DNA of 45,776 nucleotides from a bacterium. GTDB lineage: Bacteria; Patescibacteriota; Minisyncoccia; Sungbacterales; GWA2-42-14. The notes below the pieces were generated by a model. It was not told the origin of the DNA. It did no database searches and worked only from the letters and a program-made list of their open reading frames with translations. Numbering within the stretch: the stretch's first letter is position 1; each line of letters starts with the position of its first letter. Below, in pieces: positions 7,697-16,362 of this stretch. Where the stretch lies: positions 1-45,776 of the forward strand of contig JAUSFV010000020.1 of the NCBI GenBank assembly GCA_030649305.1, given 5' to 3'. Both the position numbers and the translations under genes were made by a program.

Positions 7697-8105
7697 GTTA
7701 TCCTTTATATCCATAAAGGAGGGAAAAACGCTCTTGTTTCCTAGTAAAATTTTCATATTGGGCGCAAAAATGCGCTAAATAAGCCATAAATTTAATAACC
7801 CTATTCATAAGGGCCTTTTTTAGGTTTCTCGGGTATCTTTTTGTCTGCTTGTCCAAGAGAACGAGTCTCGAGGCGAAGTTCGATTGGAGCACAAGCAGAC
7901 AACCCCGTCTCAATTTTGCGATTGTTTGAATATCTGACTGCGAATACGAAAAAGACGGTATTGCACAACACGCAATGCGTGGCTCGCACCCCGTTAGATG
8001 CGTGAACGCTATCTAACGGGGCGGGTAGGCCAACCCTATCGGGCGAAGCATTGCGCCGGGGAAGTATTTGCAAAATTGGGACTGGGGTAAACCACGCGAA
8101 CTCTC
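7697..8105 (+). other. Long non-coding leader or possible small RNA upstream of rpoB, with several hairpins (7843-7900, 7989-8021), a 5-bp hairpin at about 7753-7766, and a weak terminator-like hairpin at about 7797-7822
   Basis: No plus-strand ORF of 60 aa or more; strong promoter at its 5-prime end; several stable stem-loops. Confidence 0.3.
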
Positions 8106-11100
8106 ATGAAAAAATTCTTTTCAAAACATTATCCGCAGGCGCTGGATCTTCCTGATCTCGCGGAGATCCAATTGTATTCCTACCAATGGTTTTTAGAGCA
8201 GGGGTTGCGGGAGCTGTTTGACGAAGTGTTTCCGGTTGAGGGCTATAGCGGAAAAGAAATCGCGCTTGAATTAAAATTCCTGAATTTTTATTTTGACGAA
8301 CCGCGTTTCTCCGAACAGCACGCCAAAGAAAATAATCTTTCGTATGAAGCGGCCTTGCGCGTTCGCGCGAGTTTGACGAATAAAAAAACAGGGGAGATCA
8401 AAGAGCAGGAAGTGTATCTGGGCGAGTTTCCCGTGCAGACCGCACGGGGCACGTTTGTTGTCAATGGCGTAGAGCGCGTTATTGTCTCGCAGCTTATTCG
8501 CTCTTCGGGCGTCTATTTCACGACGCATCAGTTTCGCGGAAAAAAATATTTTGGCGCGAAAATCATCCCGAATCGCGGGGCGTGGCTTGAATTTGACACG
8601 GATGCTGATGGCGCGATGTATGTCCGCATTGATCGCAAGAGAAAAATCGCGGCAACGGCCCTGCTTCGCATTTTTGGCCTTGATACGAACGAAAAAATTG
8701 ATGACGCGTTCAAAGATAGTGAAACCGACGAAACAAATTACCTCAAAAAAACTCTTGAGAAGGATTCATCCAAGAGTGCTGAGGAGGCATTTATTGAAAT
8801 TTATAAACGTATCCGGCCGGGGGAGCTCGCCGCGGTGGATAATGCGCGGTCTCTTATTCAGGCCATGTTTGGATTTGACCGCTATGACCTGGCTCCTGTC
8901 GGACGCTTCAAGTTTAACCAGCGCCTCGGCATTTCTCCCAAAGGGGGAAAAGAGCCCGAGAAGCCGACATCCCGTATTCTTGACGCGGGAGATGTTGTTT
9001 CTGTGATGAAAGAAATCATCCGCATGAATATCGCGCAGGATGCCCTGGCGGATGACATTGACCATTTGGGAAACCGGCGGGTGCGCGGGGTGGGAGAACT
9101 TTTACAAAATAAGCTTCGCGTGGGATTGGCACGCATGATTCGTATTATCCGCGATCGCATGAGTACCCTTGATATTTATACGATTACGCCATCTCAAATC
9201 GTCAACGCGCGTCCGTTTGCGTCCTCCGTCAAAGAATTTTTTACATCATCCCAACTTTCGCAATTCATGGATCAGGTAAATCCTCTTGCGGAATTGGAAC
9301 ACAAGCGCCGGCTTTCCGCGATGGGTCCGGGCGGGCTTACCCGCGAGCGCGCGGGGTTTGAAGTTCGCGACGTGCATCCGTCCCACTACGGAAGAATTTG
9401 TCCGATTCAAACACCCGAAGGCCAGAATATCGGTCTTGTGGGGCATCTTGGGGGGTACGCGCGTATCAACACTCTTGGTTTGATCGAGACCCCGTATCTC
9501 AAAGTAAAAAACGGAAGTGTCACGAAAGAGATTATTTATCTTGACGCGGCATCTGAATCGACGCTTACCATCGCGCATGCGGGAGTTATCCGCGATGCGG
9601 ATGGAAAAATCTTGGGTGAGAAGGTGGAGGCGCGTCTGCGCGGGTCCCCCGGGCTTGCGGAGTCCCAAAAGGTTGATTATATTGACGTGTCTTCACAGCA
9701 GGCAATCAGTATCGCGACAAGTCTGATTCCGTTTCTTGAGCATGATGACGCGAATCGCGCCATGATGGGTTCTAATATGCAGAGACAGGCCGTGCCGTGT
9801 ATCCGGGCTGACGCGCCCCTCGTTGGAACGGGGGTTGAGGATAGAGCAGCGCGCGATTCGGGTAGAGTCATTATTGCGGATGACGACGGTGTTGTAGAGC
9901 GCGTGGATGCCCGTGAAATTGTGTTAAAAACAGATCGCGGGCGGGAAATCACCTATCCGCTTAACTCGTTTCTCCGTACGAATAATTTCACCGCGATCCG
10001 GCAGAAGCCGCTTGTGGGAAGGGGTCAGAAAATAAAAAAAGGCGATGTATTATGCGATAGCTCATCGGTTGACCGCGGGCGTTTGGCGCTCGGGAAAAAT
10101 CTTTTGGTGGCATTCCTTTCGTGGCGTGGTTCAAATTACGAGGATGCGATTATTATTTCGGAGCGTCTGTTTAAAGATGACAGTTTTACCTCAATTCATA
10201 TTGAAGACCATATTATTGACGTGCGTGATACGAAACTTGGGCCCGAGGAGACGTCATATGATATTCCGAATGTGGGTGAGGAAAAATTAAAAAATCTTGA
10301 TGAAGAAGGAATTATTCGTATAGGTGCCGAAGTGCGTTCGGGCGACATTTTGGTCGGCAAAATTTCGCCAAAGGGCGAATCCGATTTAACCCCCGAAGAA
10401 AAACTGCTCCGCGCGATTTTCGGCGAGCGCGCGCGCGACGTGAAAGATACCTCGCTTACTCTTCCCCACGGAAAACGGGGACGCGTAGTAGGGGTAAAGG
10501 TGTTTTCGCGGGATAGGGGCGACAAACTTGATTCAGGGGTTATTAAGCGAATTCAGGTGGAAGTTGCCCAGCTTCGGAAAATCGCGGTGGGCGATAAGTT
10601 GGCAGGGCGCCACGGAAACAAGGGTGTTATTGCCCGGATTCTTCCCGCGGAAGATATGCCGTATCTTGCGGATGGAATGCCTGTTGATATCATTTTAAAT
10701 CCCCTTGGGGTTGCATCACGCATGAACATCGGCCAGATTCTTGAAACGCACCTTGGTTGGGCCGCAAAAATTCTCGGGTATGACGCGATTACGCCGGCAC
10801 TCTCGGGAGTGACCGAGGATGAAATTAAAGAGGAGCTTCGTAAAGCGGGTCTTCCCGAATCGGGCAAGGTCTCTTTATACGACGGCTTGACGGGAGAGCT
10901 TTTCGGACCGGAGATTACGGTTGGATATACCTATATTATGAAGCTGAATCACTTGGTGGAGGATAAAATCCATATGCGCTCTATCGGCCCCTATTCATTG
11001 ATCACCCAGCAGCCCTTGGGAGGTAAGGCACAATTCGGAGGACAGCGGTTTGGCGAGATGGAGGTATGGGCGCTTGAGGGGTATGGCGCGGCGCATACTT

Positions 11101-11351
11101 TGCAAGAAATGATTACGATAAAATCGGATGACGTGTTGGGGCGGTCTGCCACGTATGAATCAATCGTATCGGGTGAGAAAATCAGAAAGCCGAATATTCC
11201 TGCGTCGTTTCAGGTTTTGGTAAGCGAATTGAAAGGACTTGCTATTGATGTGGAGTTGAAGGGGGGAACGATTCGGGTTGAGGAGGGGGTGAAGAAAGAG
11301 ATTACGGCAGAAGATTCGAAAGAAATGAGAGAAAGAGTGAAGGCGCGATAA
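8106..11351 (+). CDS. rpoB: DNA-directed RNA polymerase subunit beta
   Basis: Canonical RpoB motifs throughout (1081 aa, the compact form). Confidence 0.97.
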   Translation: MKKFFSKHYPQALDLPDLAEIQLYSYQWFLEQGLRELFDEVFPVEGYSGKEIALELKFLNFYFDEPRFSEQHAKENNLSYEAALRVRASLTNKKTGEIKEQEVYLGEFPVQTARGTFVVNGVERVIVSQLIRSSGVYFTTHQFRGKKYFGAKIIPNRGAWLEFDTDADGAMYVRIDRKRKIAATALLRIFGLDTNEKIDDAFKDSETDETNYLKKTLEKDSSKSAEEAFIEIYKRIRPGELAAVDNARSLIQAMFGFDRYDLAPVGRFKFNQRLGISPKGGKEPEKPTSRILDAGDVVSVMKEIIRMNIAQDALADDIDHLGNRRVRGVGELLQNKLRVGLARMIRIIRDRMSTLDIYTITPSQIVNARPFASSVKEFFTSSQLSQFMDQVNPLAELEHKRRLSAMGPGGLTRERAGFEVRDVHPSHYGRICPIQTPEGQNIGLVGHLGGYARINTLGLIETPYLKVKNGSVTKEIIYLDAASESTLTIAHAGVIRDADGKILGEKVEARLRGSPGLAESQKVDYIDVSSQQAISIATSLIPFLEHDDANRAMMGSNMQRQAVPCIRADAPLVGTGVEDRAARDSGRVIIADDDGVVERVDAREIVLKTDRGREITYPLNSFLRTNNFTAIRQKPLVGRGQKIKKGDVLCDSSSVDRGRLALGKNLLVAFLSWRGSNYEDAIIISERLFKDDSFTSIHIEDHIIDVRDTKLGPEETSYDIPNVGEEKLKNLDEEGIIRIGAEVRSGDILVGKISPKGESDLTPEEKLLRAIFGERARDVKDTSLTLPHGKRGRVVGVKVFSRDRGDKLDSGVIKRIQVEVAQLRKIAVGDKLAGRHGNKGVIARILPAEDMPYLADGMPVDIILNPLGVASRMNIGQILETHLGWAAKILGYDAITPALSGVTEDEIKEELRKAGLPESGKVSLYDGLTGELFGPEITVGYTYIMKLNHLVEDKIHMRSIGPYSLITQQPLGGKAQFGGQRFGEMEVWALEGYGAAHTLQEMITIKSDDVLGRSATYESIVSGEKIRKPNIPASFQVLVSELKGLAIDVELKGGTIRVEEGVKKEITAEDSKEMRERVKAR

Positions 11352-11356
11352 GTTTT

Positions 11357-11489
11357 TCTGTCGCATCCATTTTGAGACACGCTCGCTTGGCCAGCGCCAA
11401 GCTTCGCTCAGTCGTCGGCAATCCACTCCGACTGCGGTCGGAGACCAGGCTGGATTGCCTCCTCATGGTCTCAAAACGGATGCGACAGA
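11357..11489. repeat. 133-nt nested inverted-repeat element immediately after rpoB: 22-bp outer stem, inner stems GCTTGGC/GCCAAGC and GGCAATCCA/TGGATTGCC, apical hairpin CTCCGAC-TGCG-GTCGGAG
   Basis: Outer arms TCTGTCGCATCCATTTTGAGAC and GTCTCAAAACGGATGCGACAGA have one mismatch. Confidence 0.6.
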
Positions 11490-11543
11490 ATTAAGAATAG
11501 AAATGTCACTCCTCATCGTGGGGGAGGGGTGGGGGGAGGACGA

Positions 11544-12008
11544 ATGAATATGGAAATTCGAATAGTAACAAGGGTGGTAGTTTATGATTCTGAGGGCAGG
11601 AAAGTACTGCTCGTGAAGAATCGTGGCCAAGATTTTTGGTATCCGCCTGGCGGTGGATGGGATTATAATAAGGAAAACATTATTGAATGTGCCGAGCGGG
11701 AAGTATTGGAAGAAACAGGATTATCGGTAAAAATTATTCGGCTGTTATATGTTCAGGAATTTCATGAAGGATTAGATACGATTTCATTTGAAATAATCTG
11801 GTTGGCGAATCCTATCGCTACTGCTACCTTGAATAAGTTGCATATCGACCAAGACGTGGATGGAAAAGTAGAAAAGGCGGAATGGTTTTCAGAGAAAGAA
11901 TTACAAGATATTAAAGTTTTTCCAGAACGGTTACGCGACACTTTTTGGAAGAATATAGAAAAGTTTTTAAAAGATGAGGACCCTTTTATTGGAATAAAAA
12001 ATTCGTAA
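11544..12008 (+). CDS. NUDIX hydrolase
   Basis: Nudix box GGGWDYNKENIIECAEREVLEETGL; RBS GGAGGA precedes ATG 11544/11550; the caller's GTG 11529 start is probably an extension. Confidence 0.85.
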   Translation: MNMEIRIVTRVVVYDSEGRKVLLVKNRGQDFWYPPGGGWDYNKENIIECAEREVLEETGLSVKIIRLLYVQEFHEGLDTISFEIIWLANPIATATLNKLHIDQDVDGKVEKAEWFSEKELQDIKVFPERLRDTFWKNIEKFLKDEDPFIGIKNS

Positions 12009-12034
12009 ATCATAAATCTTAAATCATAAATCTT
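12007..12034. repeat. Tandem 14-mer (AAATCATAAATCTT)x2 between the NUDIX stop and the rpoC start
   Basis: Read directly. Confidence 0.6.
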
Positions 12035-12043
12035 ACATTCTCC

Positions 12044-15000
12044 ATGGAGCAGTCAAGAATACAAGATTTTGAATCAATCGGTTTGAAGCTCGCATCGCCC
12101 GAGGCGATTTTGGGGTGGTCGCACGGGGAGGTGACGAAGCCCGAAACCATTAATTATCGTTCGCAAAAACCTGAAAAAGATGGACTCTTTGACGAGCGGA
12201 TTTTTGGACCTACGAAGGACTATGAATGTTACTGCGGGAAGTATCGGCGTATTCGTTATAAGGGTATTATTTGCGACAAGTGCGGGGTTGAAGTAACGCG
12301 CGCGGTGGTGCGAAGAGAGCGCGTGGGGCATATTAAGCTTGCCTCGCCGGTTTCACACATTTGGTTCTTGCGCGGGGTGCCTTCAAAAATCGGGCTTCTG
12401 TTGGATATGTCGGTTTCTGATTTGGAAAAAGTTGTTTATTTCGCGGGCTATGTCGTTACATCCGTACAAGAAGAAAAACGCGTAGAGGCGCTTGAAGCGA
12501 TTGAGCGCGAATTCAAAACTAAATCACAAAAAGCATCCAAGGAGGATTTGGCCAAACTGAAAGTCGCGAAAGAAAATACAAAAAATGAACTCCGCGGTAT
12601 CCGCCTGCATCAAATTCTTTCTGAAGTTGAGTATCATCGCCTGTCGCTTAAATACGGCGAGGTTTTTGAGGCGGGAATCGGAGCTGAAACCCTTAGGGCA
12701 CTTCTTGAAAAAACAAATGTGGAAGCGTTGCAAAGGAAGTTGGAGGCGGATTTGGAAGCATCGGATGCGCAAGCGCGTATAAAAATTTTGAAACGGCTTC
12801 GTGTGGTGCGCGGGATGCTGCGCGCGGGTATTAAACCCGAATGGATGTTTTTGACGGTCATTCCCGTTATTCCTCCCGATTTGCGCCCCATGGTACCGCT
12901 TGACGGAGGACGCTATGCTACCGCGGATTTGAATGATTTATATCGCCGTGTGATTAACCGTAATAACCGCCTGAAGCGCCTGTTCGAATTGCGCGCGCCC
13001 GAAGTTATTACGCGAAACGAAAAACGCATGTTGCAGGAGGCGGTGGACGCTTTGATTGATAATGCCGCGCGTCGGGGACAGGCTCCGGTATCATCACAAA
13101 GCCAGCGCCGCCCGTTAAAATCGCTTGCGGATATGCTGAAAGGCAAACAGGGCCGTTTCCGCCAGAATCTTTTGGGCAAGCGCGTGGATTATTCCGGACG
13201 CTCCGTAATTGTGGTGGGGCCGGAATTGAAACTTGATCAATGCGGTCTTCCAAAAGAAATGGCGCTGGAGCTTTTCAAACCCTTTGTCATTCGAAAATTA
13301 ATTGAGCGTGAGTTTGCCCACAATATGCGCGGAGCGTCCCGCCTTATTGAAGAGCGGCCGCCCGAAGTGTGGGCGATTTTGGAGGAAGTAATTCAGGATA
13401 AATATGTGCTTCTGAACCGGGCACCCACCCTGCATCGCCTCGGAATTCAGGCGTTTCTCCCCGTGCTTATTGAGGGACACGCGATTCGGATTCACCCTCT
13501 CGTGTGCTCGGCCTTTAACGCTGATTTTGACGGCGACCAGATGGCGGTACATCTTCCTTTGACTGATGAGGCGCAGTGGGAAGCGCGGGAACTTATGGCA
13601 TCCAACACGAATCTTCTGAAGCCCGCAACGGGTGCCCCTATCGTGCGCCCGACGCAGGACATGGTACTCGGCTGTTTTTGGGTGACGATGATCGAGGAGG
13701 ATGCGAAGGGCGAAGGGAAGGTGTTTCCTGATTTTGAGACGGCAATATTGGCGTACGAATTTGACGAAATTTCGCTTCGCGCGCGAATCAAGGCGCGTAT
13801 ACCGCGCGCAATTCAGGTATCCTCCGAGAAAAAAGGAAAGAAAAAGGCGGATGTGCCCTCGGCGGAAGATGTGGGGCCGCAGTATCTCGAAACTACTGTC
13901 GGAAGAATTCTTTTTAATCAGGTACTTCCCGAACGTCACGCGTTCATCAATAAAGAAATGGACTCAAAGGATTTAGAGGAGTTGGTTGATGATTTAATCC
14001 GGTATTACGGGGCGGAGGAGACTACGCGTATTCTTGATGCAATTAAGCAATTTGGGTTCACGTATGCCACAAAATCAGGCATCTCGTGGGGTATGGATGA
14101 TTTGCGTATTCCTCCGGAAAAAGGTGAGCTGGTTAAAAAAGCGGAAGTGGAGGTTGCGGAAATTCACGCGCAGTATCAGCGGGGTCTTTTGACTGATCGC
14201 GAACGTTATAACCAGACCGTGAAAACTTGGACCGGAGTTATGGAAAAAATCCGCGAGTTTGTCCCAAAAGCTCTTGACCGGCGCGGCTCAATTTATACGA
14301 TTATCTCCTCAAAAGCGCGCGGTTCGTGGTTTCAGACAACCCAGATGTCGGGGATGAAGGGTCTCGTGATTAACCCGGCGGGCCGCATTATTGAACTTCC
14401 GATTATTTCTTCGTATAAAGAGGGCTTAAATGTGCTTGAGTATTTTATTGCAACGCACGGCGCCCGAAAAGGAACTGCGGACACCGCGTTAAAAACGGCA
14501 GTTGCGGGATACCTGACGCGTCGTCTCGTTGACGTCTCGCAGGATGTTACGATTGTTGAGGCGGATTGCGGAACAAAAGCGGGCATTGAAATAAATCGCC
14601 AGGATTCGGAGGAAATCGGACGCCCTTTCGCGCCGCGGATTTTCAGCCGTGCTGCGTCACAAGATATACAGGACGGCGAGGGCAATGTTTTGGTAAAGGC
14701 GGGAGAATATATTACGAAAGAAATGGCGAAGAACATTCAGGAAACCGCGCTTCCGTCCGCGAAGGTTCGGTCTTCCTTAACGTGCAAAAGTTTACGGGGT
14801 ATTTGTCAAAAATGTTACGGATTTGATTTGGGCCGCAATGAGCCCGTAGCATTGGGAGAGGCCGTCGGTATTATCGCGGCGCAATCTATTGGCGAGCCGG
14901 GAACCCAGCTCACCATGCGTACCTTTCATACGGGAGGGGTAGCTGGCGCGGGCGATATTACCACGGGTCTTCCGCGTATTGAAGAAATTTTTGAGGTGCG

Positions 15001-15718
15001 AGTGCCAAAGGGGCGCCTCGTGATTTCAGATGTGTCGGGAACGGTTCTTGCTATTGATGATGTCGGGCGCGAAAAAATCGTGAAAATTGAAGTGGAGCCC
15101 GAGCCTGATGACGAGGGAAAAGTCACAAAAAAGAAAAAGAAAAAAACAGCGATTGAGGAGTCAGAGAAGGAATTCCGGATTCCCGCGGGAGTTGGCATGA
15201 CGGTTGCGGTCGGGTCGCATGTAACAAAGGGAGATTTTCTCTCTGAGGGGCATGCCGACCTAAAAGAGTTTTTCAAAATCGCGGGGAAAGAGGCGGTGGA
15301 GCGCTATGTGATTAAAGAGGTGCAGAAAATTTATTCTTTGCAAGGAGCACCCATTCATGATAAGCATATTGAGGTGATTGCGCGGCAGATGTTTTCCCGT
15401 ATTAAAATTAAAGACCCGGGTGAGACGGTTTTTACATCAGGAGAAATTATAGAAAAGGCGAAGTTTCGCGAAGAAAACCGCCGTGTTGAGCGCGAAGGAA
15501 AAAAACCGGCAACCGCAGTACAGATACTTCTTGGTATTACCAAAGTCGCTTTGACGACCGACAGTTTCCTCTCGGCGGCCTCCTTCATGGAAACGGCGCG
15601 CGTTCTGATCAACGCGGCAGTTGCCGGCAAAGAAGACCGCCTGCGCGGTCTGAAAGAGAACGTGATTATCGGAAGGTTGATTCCTGCGGGGACGGGGTAT
15701 AAGAAGGGCGCTCGTTGA
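12044..15718 (+). CDS. rpoC: DNA-directed RNA polymerase subunit beta-prime
   Basis: Canonical RpoC including the Zn-binding CxxC motifs and NADFDGD; ends at TGA 15716-15718. Confidence 0.97.
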   Translation: MEQSRIQDFESIGLKLASPEAILGWSHGEVTKPETINYRSQKPEKDGLFDERIFGPTKDYECYCGKYRRIRYKGIICDKCGVEVTRAVVRRERVGHIKLASPVSHIWFLRGVPSKIGLLLDMSVSDLEKVVYFAGYVVTSVQEEKRVEALEAIEREFKTKSQKASKEDLAKLKVAKENTKNELRGIRLHQILSEVEYHRLSLKYGEVFEAGIGAETLRALLEKTNVEALQRKLEADLEASDAQARIKILKRLRVVRGMLRAGIKPEWMFLTVIPVIPPDLRPMVPLDGGRYATADLNDLYRRVINRNNRLKRLFELRAPEVITRNEKRMLQEAVDALIDNAARRGQAPVSSQSQRRPLKSLADMLKGKQGRFRQNLLGKRVDYSGRSVIVVGPELKLDQCGLPKEMALELFKPFVIRKLIEREFAHNMRGASRLIEERPPEVWAILEEVIQDKYVLLNRAPTLHRLGIQAFLPVLIEGHAIRIHPLVCSAFNADFDGDQMAVHLPLTDEAQWEARELMASNTNLLKPATGAPIVRPTQDMVLGCFWVTMIEEDAKGEGKVFPDFETAILAYEFDEISLRARIKARIPRAIQVSSEKKGKKKADVPSAEDVGPQYLETTVGRILFNQVLPERHAFINKEMDSKDLEELVDDLIRYYGAEETTRILDAIKQFGFTYATKSGISWGMDDLRIPPEKGELVKKAEVEVAEIHAQYQRGLLTDRERYNQTVKTWTGVMEKIREFVPKALDRRGSIYTIISSKARGSWFQTTQMSGMKGLVINPAGRIIELPIISSYKEGLNVLEYFIATHGARKGTADTALKTAVAGYLTRRLVDVSQDVTIVEADCGTKAGIEINRQDSEEIGRPFAPRIFSRAASQDIQDGEGNVLVKAGEYITKEMAKNIQETALPSAKVRSSLTCKSLRGICQKCYGFDLGRNEPVALGEAVGIIAAQSIGEPGTQLTMRTFHTGGVAGAGDITTGLPRIEEIFEVRVPKGRLVISDVSGTVLAIDDVGREKIVKIEVEPEPDDEGKVTKKKKKKTAIEESEKEFRIPAGVGMTVAVGSHVTKGDFLSEGHADLKEFFKIAGKEAVERYVIKEVQKIYSLQGAPIHDKHIEVIARQMFSRIKIKDPGETVFTSGEIIEKAKFREENRRVEREGKKPATAVQILLGITKVALTTDSFLSAASFMETARVLINAAVAGKEDRLRGLKENVIIGRLIPAGTGYKKGAR

Positions 15719-15750
15719 TGTTGTCTCGCTTCAGTGGTTTTCTCATGGTA

Positions 15751-15806
15751 TCAGCCCCGCCTTTTGGCGGGGCTGATTTTTTTTTAAAAAAAGCCACTTG
15801 CGTGGC
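15751..15806. terminator. Bidirectional terminator pair: TCAGCCCCGCC-TTTT-GGCGGGGCTGA plus a T-run (plus strand) and GCCAC-TTGC-GTGGC preceded by an A-run (serves the convergent minus-strand gene)
   Basis: Read directly between convergent genes. Confidence 0.7.
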
Positions 15807-15815
15807 TAATGTATG

Positions 15816-16229
15816 TCAGAGCCTGAGGGCGATTTGTGCTCCCCAACTCGTTCCCCAGCCGTCAATTTCCTTTGCCTTATCTTCTAATCCGAGGAGTGAG
15901 TATATGATACGGAGCTGAACGACTTCTTCTTTTTTTATCAGTCTTGCTATTTTCTGAAGATTGATATCGTCCAGTTCAAAAAGTATTTTTGGAATTCCGG
16001 CGAGGAAGGCTTCATCTTCGTAGAGCTTCATAGAAAATGTTGATTTTCCATGATTGATGAAATCATTTCGGCGACCGCTCAAATAACTTCTGCCGAATGA
16101 TCCAATGAGTTCAATATACCCGTAATATTTTTCATTAATGGGATGGAGCTTTTTGTCTCCCCGGACGATACTTTTTACATACGGCGTGCCCGGAATCACC
16201 ATCCATTCAACTGCTTTATCTTCGGCCAT
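15816..16229 (-). CDS. Hypothetical protein (about 137 aa; likely start MAEDKAVEW at 16229)
   Basis: The ORF caller's 16328 start lacks an RBS; the internal ATG has a weak AAGGA upstream. Confidence 0.45.
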   Translation of the reverse strand: MAEDKAVEWMVIPGTPYVKSIVRGDKKLHPINEKYYGYIELIGSFGRSYLSGRRNDFINHGKSTFSMKLYEDEAFLAGIPKILFELDDINLQKIARLIKKEEVVQLRIIYSLLGLEDKAKEIDGWGTSWGAQIALRL

Positions 16230-16362
16230 TTTTATGTATCCTTTCTTTTTTTGGGGTTGGAACTGGATTAAGGGTAGCATATATATATGACTTGTCAATA
16301 GCAAAGAATGATCTGCAAAACGGCACACAGTTGGTATTTTAGGTCAGATTTTATATAATAAA

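Noticed and set aside
7870-7895. GAAGTTCGATTGGAGC resembling a tRNA T-arm; general search for tRNA or tmRNA
   Set aside because: The flanking bases cannot form a T-stem or acceptor stem. No cloverleaf could be built anywhere in the window.
8271-15630. Numerous 60-210-aa ORFs in alternative frames or on the opposite strand inside rpoB and rpoC
   Set aside because: They lie nested within highly conserved, full-length polymerase genes, which indicates frame noise.
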